In this document: one piece after another, positions 39,522-48,379 of the stretch | Numbering within the stretch: the first letter of the stretch is position 1 | How the letters are laid out: every line of letters starts with the position of its first letter | From: Minisyncoccia bacterium | Lineage (GTDB): Bacteria; Patescibacteriota; Minisyncoccia; Phycocordibacterales; UBA5272 | NCBI GenBank assembly: GCA_038326985.1 | Contig: JBBQKQ010000002.1 | Coordinates: 2,978 to 66,977, forward strand | DNA length: 64,000 bases | Direction of reading: 5' to 3' | Made by a program: the position numbers and the translations under genes | Notes under the pieces: model-generated | Database searches by the model: none | What the model was told of the DNA's origin: nothing | Seen by the model: only the letters and a program-made list of their open reading frames with translations

Positions 39522-39809
39522 ATGTTAGACGGAATAAAAGGTGTATTTAAAAAAGCTGGAGTAGCTGTTGCAAAAAAAGTTGCAACTACAGAATTTGGGA
39601 TAGCAAAAATGAAAGAAGAAATGGCTAAAATGCCAATTCCACCACAAATGAAAATGATGTTCACAAAATTATTAGATAATAATCCAGAATTACTTTTCAA
39701 AATCCAAGAAGAAATACAAGATCTAATTTCAAAAGGCAAAAACCAAATGGCAGCTTCCCAAAGCGTGATGACAAAATACCAAAATGAACTGCGCGCAGCA
39801 ATGAAATAA
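39522..39809 (+). CDS. Hypothetical small protein
   Basis: ORF only. A helical Lys/Met-rich protein with no motif. Confidence 0.3.
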   Translation: MLDGIKGVFKKAGVAVAKKVATTEFGIAKMKEEMAKMPIPPQMKMMFTKLLDNNPELLFKIQEEIQDLISKGKNQMAASQSVMTKYQNELRAAMK

Positions 39810-39843
39810 GTTTTATTTAATTTTTAGTGATATAATCAATCCC

Positions 39844-39924
39844 ATGTCAATATTACTTATAATTGCAATTGTACTTCTCGTTATGTTTATGATGGGGTAC
39901 AAAATAAACATTAAAAAAGATTAA
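39844..39924 (+). CDS. Candidate 26 aa hydrophobic membrane peptide, possibly leaderless
   Basis: MSILLIIAIVLLVMFMMGYKINIKKD. The extended -10 TGATATAAT (39828-39836) ends 7 nt before the ATG. Confidence 0.25.
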   Translation: MSILLIIAIVLLVMFMMGYKINIKKD

Positions 39925-39991
39925 GATAATACTTAAAGTATTTCGTTAATAAAAATATGATATAATTGCCAAAAATAACTAAACAAAATTT

Positions 39992-41107
39992 ATGGCAAAT
40001 ATATCTATCGGAATAGTGGGACTACCCAACGTGGGAAAGTCTACACTTTTTAACGCGCTAACTAAAAAAAGTGTACCTGCAGAAAACTACCCATTTTGTA
40101 CTATTGACCCAAGTGTAGGAATTGTTCCTGTACCAGACTCCCGACTTTGGAGACTTTCTGAATTTTCAAAATCTATTAAAACTATACCTGCTGTTGTGGA
40201 GTTTGTTGATATTGCGGGTCTGGTTAAAGGTGCAAGTAAAGGTGAAGGATTGGGGAATAAATTCCTTTCAAACATTCGCGAAACTGACGCAATTGGGCAA
40301 GTTGTGAGACTATTTGAATCATCGGAAAGTCTAGATATTCAACACGTTGAGGGAAGTGTGCACCCACTGCGAGACGTGGAAATAATAAATGCTGAGCTTG
40401 CTTTGGCTGATCTTGAAACAATAGAAAAAAGAATCAATAACATTCAAAAAGATGTACGTAAAGGTGACAAAGAAGCCTTAAAAGAAGAAGAACTTTTAAA
40501 AAGAATTTTACAAGTTGTAAATGACGGGAGACTAATTTCTAGTCAAACATTTACTGAAGATGAAAGTAAAATTTTAAAAATGCTAAATTTTCTTTCTAGT
40601 AAACCAATACTTTATATATTAAATAAAAGTACTGGCAAAAAAAATATTGAAGAGACTGATGAAAAATTTTTAGAATTAAAAAAATATATTGAAGACACAA
40701 AGTCACAATATGTAATAGTAGATGCAAAAATAGAAGATGACTTAAAAGATTTTGAAGGAGAGGAAAAAAGTCTTTTCCGAGAAGAGCTCGGAGGAAAAAA
40801 AGAAGATGACGGAGTAGACACATTAATTAAAAATGCTTATAAGCTTCTCGGACTCGACACATATTTTACAACAGGTGTTGATGAAACTAGGGCCTGGACA
40901 ATAGCTAAAAATAGTACTGCACCAGTTGCAGGGCAAGCAATTCACACGGACTTTTTAACTAGGTTTATAAAAGCACAGGTCATTTTTTGGAGTGAACTTT
41001 TAGAAGCAGGAAGCTTAGCAAATGCAAAATCAACAGGGAAACTCCGAACTGAAGGAAAAGAATATATTGTAAAAGATGGTGATGTTATAGAGTTTATGGT
41101 TAATTAA
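39992..41107 (+). CDS. ychF: Ribosome-binding ATPase YchF (Obg-family GTPase with TGS domain)
   Basis: G1 motif GIVGLPNVGKSTLFNALT, G4 NK.., and a C-terminal TGS-like KDGDVIEFMVN. Confidence 0.85.
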   Translation: MANISIGIVGLPNVGKSTLFNALTKKSVPAENYPFCTIDPSVGIVPVPDSRLWRLSEFSKSIKTIPAVVEFVDIAGLVKGASKGEGLGNKFLSNIRETDAIGQVVRLFESSESLDIQHVEGSVHPLRDVEIINAELALADLETIEKRINNIQKDVRKGDKEALKEEELLKRILQVVNDGRLISSQTFTEDESKILKMLNFLSSKPILYILNKSTGKKNIEETDEKFLELKKYIEDTKSQYVIVDAKIEDDLKDFEGEEKSLFREELGGKKEDDGVDTLIKNAYKLLGLDTYFTTGVDETRAWTIAKNSTAPVAGQAIHTDFLTRFIKAQVIFWSELLEAGSLANAKSTGKLRTEGKEYIVKDGDVIEFMVN

Positions 41108-41111
41108 GAAG

Positions 41112-41729
41112 TTATTTTTTTAGACTACTAATTTCTTTTAGTAAAATCTCTAGTGTATTTTCTATTTTTTCCAAACGTGCTTTTTGCTCGAAACGGCGGC
41201 GTTTCTCGTCCTGCTCGGCAATTAGTTCTTCTTCATCTTCCATCATTTCTTCTTGGATATCTTCCACGTCTTCTGCGAGCTCATCAACTGTTTTATTCAT
41301 TTCTTCCACATCTTCACTCATTTCTTCCATGTCTTTAGAAACATCCGCAACATCTTCTTGTATTTCATCAACGTCTTTTTCAATCTCATCTACACTTGCA
41401 TTTATTTCCTCTACATCTTCCTGAATTTCTTCCATGTCTTCCTGGATCTCCTCAATATCTTCTGATACTTCTTCAATAACTTGAGTTTGCCTATTTATAG
41501 AAATTTGGATAAAAAGCGCAAGGTAAATTGCTTCTAGAGATAATATTGTAGTTAATACAATTAAAGTGTCCTGATAAGAAAAATTTGTAACCAATGGAAA
41601 TACTAAAAATAATATAAACAAAATAGTGTGTACAACAATTGAGGTCATAGAGCCAAAAGCAGCAGTAAACTTTTCGTCAATATTTACTATTTTAGCTTTA
41701 CTTTTCTTTTTAGAATTGGATTTGACCAT
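41112..41729 (-). CDS. Membrane protein with two TM helices and a highly acidic heptad-repeat tail (EE[IM]QEDxEE x ~12)
   Basis: Tandem 21 bp-periodic repeats at about 41215-41470 encoding EDIEEIQEDMEEIQEDVEEINASVDEIEKDVDEIQEDVADVSKDMEEMSEDVEEMNKTVDELAEDVEDIQEEM. Confidence 0.45.
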   Translation of the reverse strand: MVKSNSKKKSKAKIVNIDEKFTAAFGSMTSIVVHTILFILFLVFPLVTNFSYQDTLIVLTTILSLEAIYLALFIQISINRQTQVIEEVSEDIEEIQEDMEEIQEDVEEINASVDEIEKDVDEIQEDVADVSKDMEEMSEDVEEMNKTVDELAEDVEDIQEEMMEDEEELIAEQDEKRRRFEQKARLEKIENTLEILLKEISSLKK

Positions 41730-41757
41730 AAGATACTTTATAGTGTAATATATAAGT

Positions 41758-44172
41758 ATGAAAATGCAAGATAAAATACCTTACGAACCAAAAGATATAG
41801 AAAAAAAATGGCAAGACGTTTGGGAAAAGAATAATTTATATAAAAGTGAAATAGATAAAACAAAAACAAAAATGCATGTTTTGGATATGTTTCCATATCC
41901 AAGTGGAGAAGGACTCCATGCAGGACATGCTAAAATTTTTGGAGCCTCAGACATTTATGCCCGAATGAAAAGAATGCAAGGTTTTAATGTTTTAAAAGTA
42001 CAGGGCTATGATGCTTTTGGACTTCCAGCAGAACAGTTTGCAATTAAAAATAAGGTCAACCCAAAAATTTCTACCAAAAAAAATACAGAAAACTTTGAAA
42101 GACAAATGCGACGCCTTGGACTTTCTTATGACTGGAGTAGAAGTGTAAACACAACTGACCCAAAATTTTACAAATGGACCCAATGGATATTTAAACAACT
42201 TTATAAAGATGGACTCTGTTTTGAAAGTCATGAGCCAATAAACTGGTGCCCAAGTTGTAAAACAGGTTTGGCAAATGAAGATTTGGAAGACGGAAAATGT
42301 GAGCGTTGCGGGAGTGTTGTAGAGAAAAAACCAATTCGTCAGTGGGTAATAAAAATAACAGACTACGCTGAAAAACTTTTAAGCGGAGTGGATAATTTAA
42401 ACTGGAAAGAAAGTATAAAAGAAATGCAGAGAAATTGGATTGGGAAAAGTGAAGGAGCGGAAATAGATTTTAGATTAAGTACTAGCCAAACTTTTACCGT
42501 TTTTACAACTCGTCCAGACACACTTTTTGGATGTACTTATTGTGTATTTGCGCCTGAAAATAAATTAGTAGAAGAATTGTTAAATAATAATTTAATTAAT
42601 AATGGGAACGAAGTTAAAAAATATATTTTAGAAGTAAAAGATAAATCTGAAATAGAAAGAACCTCTTCTGGTAAAGAAAAAACCGGTGTAAAACTTGAGG
42701 GTGTATTTGCAATAAACCCCGCAAACCAAAAAGAGGTGCCAGTCTACATTGCAGATTATGTATTAAACAATTATGGAACAGGAGCTATTATGGCGGTACC
42801 AGCACATGACGAGCGAGACTTTGAGTTTGCAAAAAAGTTTGATATAGAAATAATAGAATTAGAAAAGTTTGAAGATAAAAATGAAATAGTAAAAAAAGTT
42901 GGAGGGAAAATGGTTACAAAATATAAACTTCGTGACTGGGTATTTGCAAGACAGAGATATTGGGGTGAGCCTTTCCCAATTGTATTTGACGAAAACCACA
43001 ATCCATTTGTAGTTGCAGACTCTGAACTACCGGTAATACTTCCTGATGTAGAAAGTTATGAGCCAACTGGAGATGGAGAGAGTCCGTTAAAAAATATACA
43101 AGAGTGGGTAGAAGTAAATGGAAAAATAAATAGCGAGGGAGAATTTGAAAGTGATGAAAATGGAAAAATATTTTATAGAGAAACAAATACAATGCCCCAA
43201 TGGGCAGGAAGTAGTTGGTATTGGCTAAGATACATGGACCCTCATAATGATCAGGAAATGGTAAATAAAGAAATTGAAAAATATTGGGGGGATGTCGATA
43301 TCTATCTTGGGGGAATGGAACATGCAACTAGGCATTTAATATATGGTAGATTTTGGAACCAATTTTTATTTGATAAAAAAATAATCTCTACTCCAGAACC
43401 CTTTAAAAGACTTGAAGCTGTAGGGCTAGTGCTTGGAGAAGGTGGTATGAAAATGTCTAAAAGACTCGGAAACGTAATAAATCCAGATGACATTGCTGAT
43501 ATTTTTGGAGTGGATACACTCAGACTATATATTGCTTTTGCTGGGGACTATCATGATGACTATACTTGGGATACAAAAGCTATAGTTGGACCTAGAAGAT
43601 TCATTGAAAGAGTTTGGAATATGCAATACAAGATCCAGACCCCCCCTAGCCTCCCCTCAATTGAGGAGGGGAATAGTTCCCCAAATATCAAGCTAACAAC
43701 TTTACTACACCAAACAATAAAAAAAGTGAGTAATGACTACGAAAAACTACAGTTCAACACTGCTGTGGCTCAGATGATGACATTTATTAATGCGTATGAT
43801 AAAAATGAAAACATTGATTTAGAAAGTTATAAAACTTTACTAAAACTTCTAGCACCGATTTGTCCATTTGTGACAGAAGAAATATGGGAAAGCCTCACCC
43901 CGGCCCTCTCCATAGGAGAGGGAGCAATGCAATCTATTCACCAAGAAGAATGGCCAAAGTATGATGAGCTGCAAACTATAGACAAAGTTGTTAATATCGC
44001 CATACAAATCAACGGTAAATTGCGTGACACATTTTCTATAGCTACAGACAGCCCTGACGTGGAAGTTTTAGAAGTAGCAAAAAATAGAGAACAATATAAA
44101 AAATGGGTAGGTGAGGTAGAGCCAAAAAAAATAATTGTAATTAAAAATAAAATAGTAAATGTTGTACTTTAA
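41758..44172 (+). CDS. leuS: Leucine--tRNA ligase
   Basis: HIGH-type motif PYPSGEGLHAGHA, KMSKS-type GMKMSKRLGN, and CP1/editing and Zn-binding Cys regions. Carries two in-frame palindromic repeat copies. Confidence 0.9.
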   Translation: MKMQDKIPYEPKDIEKKWQDVWEKNNLYKSEIDKTKTKMHVLDMFPYPSGEGLHAGHAKIFGASDIYARMKRMQGFNVLKVQGYDAFGLPAEQFAIKNKVNPKISTKKNTENFERQMRRLGLSYDWSRSVNTTDPKFYKWTQWIFKQLYKDGLCFESHEPINWCPSCKTGLANEDLEDGKCERCGSVVEKKPIRQWVIKITDYAEKLLSGVDNLNWKESIKEMQRNWIGKSEGAEIDFRLSTSQTFTVFTTRPDTLFGCTYCVFAPENKLVEELLNNNLINNGNEVKKYILEVKDKSEIERTSSGKEKTGVKLEGVFAINPANQKEVPVYIADYVLNNYGTGAIMAVPAHDERDFEFAKKFDIEIIELEKFEDKNEIVKKVGGKMVTKYKLRDWVFARQRYWGEPFPIVFDENHNPFVVADSELPVILPDVESYEPTGDGESPLKNIQEWVEVNGKINSEGEFESDENGKIFYRETNTMPQWAGSSWYWLRYMDPHNDQEMVNKEIEKYWGDVDIYLGGMEHATRHLIYGRFWNQFLFDKKIISTPEPFKRLEAVGLVLGEGGMKMSKRLGNVINPDDIADIFGVDTLRLYIAFAGDYHDDYTWDTKAIVGPRRFIERVWNMQYKIQTPPSLPSIEEGNSSPNIKLTTLLHQTIKKVSNDYEKLQFNTAVAQMMTFINAYDKNENIDLESYKTLLKLLAPICPFVTEEIWESLTPALSIGEGAMQSIHQEEWPKYDELQTIDKVVNIAIQINGKLRDTFSIATDSPDVEVLEVAKNREQYKKWVGEVEPKKIIVIKNKIVNVVL
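43638..43671 (+). repeat. Palindromic repeat copy d, in-frame in leuS
   Basis: GACCCCCCCTAGCCTCCCCTCAATTGAGGAGGGG, translated as TPPSLPSIEEGN. Confidence 0.75.
43893..43928 (+). repeat. Palindromic repeat copy i (subfamily-2-like), in-frame in leuS
   Basis: CCTCACCCCGGCCCTCTCCATAGGAGAGGGAGCAATG with stem CCCTCTCC/GGAGAGGG, translated as LTPALSIGEGA. Confidence 0.6.
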
Positions 44173-44190
44173 ACTTTATACACAATATGT

Positions 44191-44219
44191 TTGCTTACTT
44201 TGTCAAATTATGGTAGAAT
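44191..44219 (+). promoter_or_regulatory. TTGCTT-N17-TAGAAT promoter, same architecture as the two mini transcription units
   Basis: TTGCTT 44191-96, 17 nt spacer, TGgTAGAAT ending at 44219, 12 nt before the ATG at 44232. Confidence 0.4.
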
Positions 44220-44231
44220 ACAAATAATAAC

Positions 44232-45269
44232 ATGAAAAATAAATTCAGCTTCTTGCCCAAAAAAGTTTCCAAAAATTTGTTGACACCTCTTAACGCTCGA
44301 GCAAAGGAAGTTATCACGGGACGATTTGGCCTTGGCGACGGTGAGAAAAAAACTTTAGAATCTATTGGTCGTAAATATGGAATTACTCGTGAAAGAGTGA
44401 GACAAATTGAAAATTTTGCATTACGCCTTATTAAAAAATCTGAAAACTTTTTAGCCGAGCACTCAATATTTGAAGAGCTTAAACAGCTTATGAAAGCTGA
44501 AGGGGGAGTTGTACATGAAGAACAATTTTTAGAAAGTTTAACTAAAGATAAAGCACTTCAAAACCATATACATTTTTACTTAGTACTTCATGACGATTTT
44601 AAGGTAGACAGAGAAACTGAAGACTTTAACAGACAATGGTCAATGGATGAGAAAATCAAAAAAACTGTTAAAGACTCTTTAGAAAGTTTACACACTACTT
44701 TAGGGGATGAGGAAATGGTAGCGGAAAGTGTATTGCTGGACAGATTTTTAAACCAAATGGAAGAGCTACATACTGCATATAAAACTCCGGAAATGATAAA
44801 AAAATATCTTCAACTTTCGAGAGTTTTAGGTAAAAACCAAATGGGTGAATGGGGTAAACGAACTAGCCCAAATATCAAAACAAGAGGTATAAAAGACTTT
44901 GCATATTTAGTTGTTCGAAAAGCTGGACGCCCAATGCATTTTCGTGAAGTAGCAAAAGAAATATTTACAGAGTTTAAAAGAAAAGCTCATGTTGCAACGT
45001 GCCACAATGAGCTTATCCGTGACCCTAGATTTGTATTAGTAGGAAGAGGAATATATGGTCTTCGTGAGTGGGGGCACAGTGGTGGAATAGTTCGAGATGT
45101 CATAATAGAAGTAATGAAGAAAAATGATAAAGCTATGACTAAAAATGAAATCATTGATCTGGTAAAAGGTGAGCGTGTAGTAAAAGACAATACAGTGGTA
45201 GTAAATTTACAAAATCCAAAATTCTTTGAAAAAACTAGCGATGGAAAATATGTTTTAAAAAAGAACTAA
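44232..45269 (+). CDS. Sigma-70 region-4-like HTH plus C-terminal HARE-HTH domain protein
   Basis: N-terminus [42 protein letters not shown] (sigma70_r4-like). C-terminus [14 protein letters not shown]...[17 protein letters not shown] (HARE-HTH-like, as in RpoE delta subunit or restriction-system HTHs). Confidence 0.5.
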   Translation: MKNKFSFLPKKVSKNLLTPLNARAKEVITGRFGLGDGEKKTLESIGRKYGITRERVRQIENFALRLIKKSENFLAEHSIFEELKQLMKAEGGVVHEEQFLESLTKDKALQNHIHFYLVLHDDFKVDRETEDFNRQWSMDEKIKKTVKDSLESLHTTLGDEEMVAESVLLDRFLNQMEELHTAYKTPEMIKKYLQLSRVLGKNQMGEWGKRTSPNIKTRGIKDFAYLVVRKAGRPMHFREVAKEIFTEFKRKAHVATCHNELIRDPRFVLVGRGIYGLREWGHSGGIVRDVIIEVMKKNDKAMTKNEIIDLVKGERVVKDNTVVVNLQNPKFFEKTSDGKYVLKKN

Positions 45270-45287
45270 AAAAAGACTAGCAAAAGA

Positions 45288-45319
45288 AATCATGTTATAA
45301 TTAAAACATGATTTTTTTG
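45288..45319 (+). terminator. Hairpin AAATCATGTT-ataattaa-AACATGATT + T7. It overlaps the annotated ATG of the next ORF.
   Basis: 9-10 bp perfect stem followed by TTTTTTT. The annotated start codon at 45308 lies in the 3' arm. Confidence 0.35.
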
Positions 45320-46816
45320 TTAATTATAAATATAATTTTTGTTGCGTTTTTAGGACTACTTACTTATTTTTTGATTAATCAAAATTTATTTTGGTGGCTA
45401 AGATCTCAGAGAACAAAAAATATTTTAAAAAACTTTTGGCCAAAGCTTAGCTACTTAGAATTAAAAATGCCAAGAGAAGTTACTAAGTCACCCGCTGCAA
45501 TGGAATTTATGTTTAATGCATTGAACCAAACTTTGGGACACGTTGACCTAACCTTTAAAGAAAAAAGAGAAAAAGACAAGGAATGGAAAAAGAAAAAACT
45601 TTCCCAAAAAGTGGACGAATACAGGTCCTATTGGCAAGATAGATATTTAAACGGTGGAGTTAGGATGTGGAGCTCTTTAGAAATTGTTTCGGAAGAGGGG
45701 CAAGTAAAATTTTATATTGTAATGCTTGAAAAACACGTTGGACTTGTTAAGAATGCGCTATATGGGCAGTACAATGGAATAGAAATAGTAGAGTCAAAAA
45801 ATGACTACTTAGATAAGTTTGCCTACACAAAACAAAACGAAGGAGACTGGAACCTTTATGTAGGAAGATACCAGAAAAAACAAGATAAAGAAACTTTTAA
45901 ATACGTTCAACCTATTAAAACTTATGTTGACTATGGACTAGAGAAAGATCCGAAGGATGAATTTAAAATTGACCCTCTTAATACAGTCTTAGAAGCATTT
46001 GCAAATGCAGGTAAGGGCGAAAACTTTGTTTTACAAATATTAATCAGAGGCTCCATTGCTGATGGAACTACTTATCACCACGGACATGCTATCAACTATC
46101 AAGCAGACACTTTTACTGCAATTGAAAAAATAAAAGGTATAAAAAGAGCAGAAGAAGATACAACAATAGAAGAAGAAATTAAAGGTGAAAAAAAACCAAA
46201 AAAAATAAAGAAAGGGGATATTGTTGAAAACGGTAAATCGGAAATGCAGTTAACCACTGCCGAGAAAGAGTCCATCGAGGCGCTAAACAAAAATTTAACC
46301 AAACCTTGTTTTGACACAATTATTAGAATGTTTTACATAGCTAAGAAAGAAAAATTTAATTTATCAAGTGGAGTATTTCCTGTAGTTTATACGCTAAAAA
46401 ATTTCAACAAACCAAATTTTGGCGAATTAGGCTTTACAAGTTTGACCCTTGACTCGGACTATCTATTTAAAGACCCAACTGGAGTGAGATCAGAGGGTAT
46501 GAGAGGATTTTTTTGGAAGATGCTTAAACTTAGAGCGGGGTTTTATGTAGAATCAGAAGGAATTCACTTTTCTTTAAAAAGTTGGTTTAAAAGAAGATTT
46601 GGGAAAGGTGGAACGGCAGACTGGGCAGCAACAATTGCTAAAGAAAATGTACTTTATTTCTCTGAAGGAATAAAACACCCTGGAACTGCGGGAGACTCGT
46701 ACATGAACGCTGAAGAACTGGCAACACTTTTCCATGTCCCATCAAAAATACAAGGAAATACTCAAGGAAGAGTAGATAGTATAAAAGTAGATCCGCCTGC
46801 AAATTTGCCATTTTAA
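45308..46816 (+). CDS. Hypothetical 502 aa protein with an N-terminal TM helix. The start is uncertain (alternative Met at ~45464).
   Basis: Long ORF with a Lys-rich linker (KKPKKIKKGD). No Walker or catalytic motifs recognised. The first 50 aa coincide with a terminator-like hairpin. Confidence 0.35.
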   Translation: MIFLLIINIIFVAFLGLLTYFLINQNLFWWLRSQRTKNILKNFWPKLSYLELKMPREVTKSPAAMEFMFNALNQTLGHVDLTFKEKREKDKEWKKKKLSQKVDEYRSYWQDRYLNGGVRMWSSLEIVSEEGQVKFYIVMLEKHVGLVKNALYGQYNGIEIVESKNDYLDKFAYTKQNEGDWNLYVGRYQKKQDKETFKYVQPIKTYVDYGLEKDPKDEFKIDPLNTVLEAFANAGKGENFVLQILIRGSIADGTTYHHGHAINYQADTFTAIEKIKGIKRAEEDTTIEEEIKGEKKPKKIKKGDIVENGKSEMQLTTAEKESIEALNKNLTKPCFDTIIRMFYIAKKEKFNLSSGVFPVVYTLKNFNKPNFGELGFTSLTLDSDYLFKDPTGVRSEGMRGFFWKMLKLRAGFYVESEGIHFSLKSWFKRRFGKGGTADWAATIAKENVLYFSEGIKHPGTAGDSYMNAEELATLFHVPSKIQGNTQGRVDSIKVDPPANLPF

Positions 46817-46836
46817 ATGTGCTATAATAATTCGAA

Positions 46837-47787
46837 ATGTTAAAAGAATTCTTTGTAAATAATTTCGGGAAAATTGGAACTGGAATACTTAGTGTCATGT
46901 TGTTGGTTTTGGCCTATCTTGCTTACCAGATATATTTACCAATTTCAAACTTTCCCGTTTCCAAAAATAATGAAGTAAGTTTTGTAATTGCAAAAGATGA
47001 AAATGGAGCACAGATATTTGATGACTTAAAAACAAAAGGTTTTATAAAGGATGTTTTCTACGCAAAACTTGTTTCAAAAGCATTTGGGTATAATAGATTT
47101 TACCCCGAAGAATATGTATTCCAAAATCCAATGTCCACATTTGACATTGTGATAACCGTATCTACTCGTCCTCCTAGTATTGCAGTATTAATCCCAGAAG
47201 GCTTCACTAAAAAACAAGTTGCTGAAAGAATCGCTGCTACTATTAAAAACTTCGACAAGGAAAGCTTTTTGGCAAGTAGTAGTGAAGGATATTTATTTCC
47301 CGATACCTATTATTTTTATAAGTCATATACTAACAGTGAAATATTAAGTGAATTCCAAACTAAATTTTACAAAGAGACATTTGCAAAGTTTGGTAAAGTG
47401 CCAACAAACCAAGAGGTAATCATTGCTTCTATTTTGGAGCGTGAAGGAAAAGACCCGGAAGATATGAAAATGATTTCAGGAATAATTCAGAACCGGTTAA
47501 AAATAAATATGCCACTTCAAATCGACGCTACAGTTTTGTATGGCAACAATACTTGGAAAAGTATTACGTATTATAAGGATTTAAAATCTAAAAATAATTA
47601 TAATACCTACCTTAATATTGGTCTTCCTATTGGTCCCATATCAAACCCTGGCTTACTAGCTCTTGATGCTGCTATGAACCCTTCTAAAACCGATTATCTT
47701 TTTTACTTAACAGGGAGAGACGGAAAAATGTATTATGCAAAAACTAATGAAGAGCACGTGAAAAATAAATTTAAATATTTAAAATAA
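46837..47787 (+). CDS. mltG: YceG/MltG endolytic murein transglycosylase family protein
   Basis: N-terminal TM helix and the YceG core ASILEREGKDPEDMKMISGIIQNRLKINMPLQIDATVLYG...GLPIGPISNPG. Confidence 0.7.
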   Translation: MLKEFFVNNFGKIGTGILSVMLLVLAYLAYQIYLPISNFPVSKNNEVSFVIAKDENGAQIFDDLKTKGFIKDVFYAKLVSKAFGYNRFYPEEYVFQNPMSTFDIVITVSTRPPSIAVLIPEGFTKKQVAERIAATIKNFDKESFLASSSEGYLFPDTYYFYKSYTNSEILSEFQTKFYKETFAKFGKVPTNQEVIIASILEREGKDPEDMKMISGIIQNRLKINMPLQIDATVLYGNNTWKSITYYKDLKSKNNYNTYLNIGLPIGPISNPGLLALDAAMNPSKTDYLFYLTGRDGKMYYAKTNEEHVKNKFKYLK

Positions 47788-47803
47788 CAACAAAAATAAA
47801 ATT

Positions 47804-48355
47804 ATGAAAGATTCAATATTAGCATTTCTTGACGTTGAAACTACGGGACTTGACTATGCAAAACATGAAGTGATACAAGTTGGAGTTGTTCTTGCAAAAC
47901 AAATTCCCCGTGACAATACTCGTGGTCCTGCACTAGAGTTTATTGAAGAGTTTGAACTAAAAATAAAACCTACTAGAATTGAAGATGCAGAAGAAGAAGC
48001 ACTTAGAATAAATGGCTACACAGAAGCTGAGTGGATGTTTGCACCTGACATGAAAAATGCAGCTGAGTTTTTAGCGAAAAAACTTGAGGGAACAATCCAG
48101 GTTTCCCACAACATTGCATTTGACGCACCTTTTATAGATAAATTTTGGGAAAGAGCGGGTATGGACAACCCAATGAAAAGGTACAAACTGGACACAATTT
48201 CAATAGCCTTCGCAAGACTATATAATAGAGATGATGTAAAGTACTCTTTAAAATATTTGTGTGACCTTTTTCAAATTAAAAATGAAAATGCCCATACTGC
48301 CCTTGCCGATGCAAGAGCAATGTATTTAGTTTATAAAAAATTAATGAATGCTTAA
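47804..48355 (+). CDS. DEDDh 3'-5' exonuclease, DnaQ / Pol III epsilon-like
   Basis: Exo I motif LAFLDVETTGLD, Exo II VSHNIAFDAPFI, Exo III HTALADARA. Confidence 0.75.
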   Translation: MKDSILAFLDVETTGLDYAKHEVIQVGVVLAKQIPRDNTRGPALEFIEEFELKIKPTRIEDAEEEALRINGYTEAEWMFAPDMKNAAEFLAKKLEGTIQVSHNIAFDAPFIDKFWERAGMDNPMKRYKLDTISIAFARLYNRDDVKYSLKYLCDLFQIKNENAHTALADARAMYLVYKKLMNA

Positions 48356-48379
48356 AAGTTCTCATGATATAATATATTT

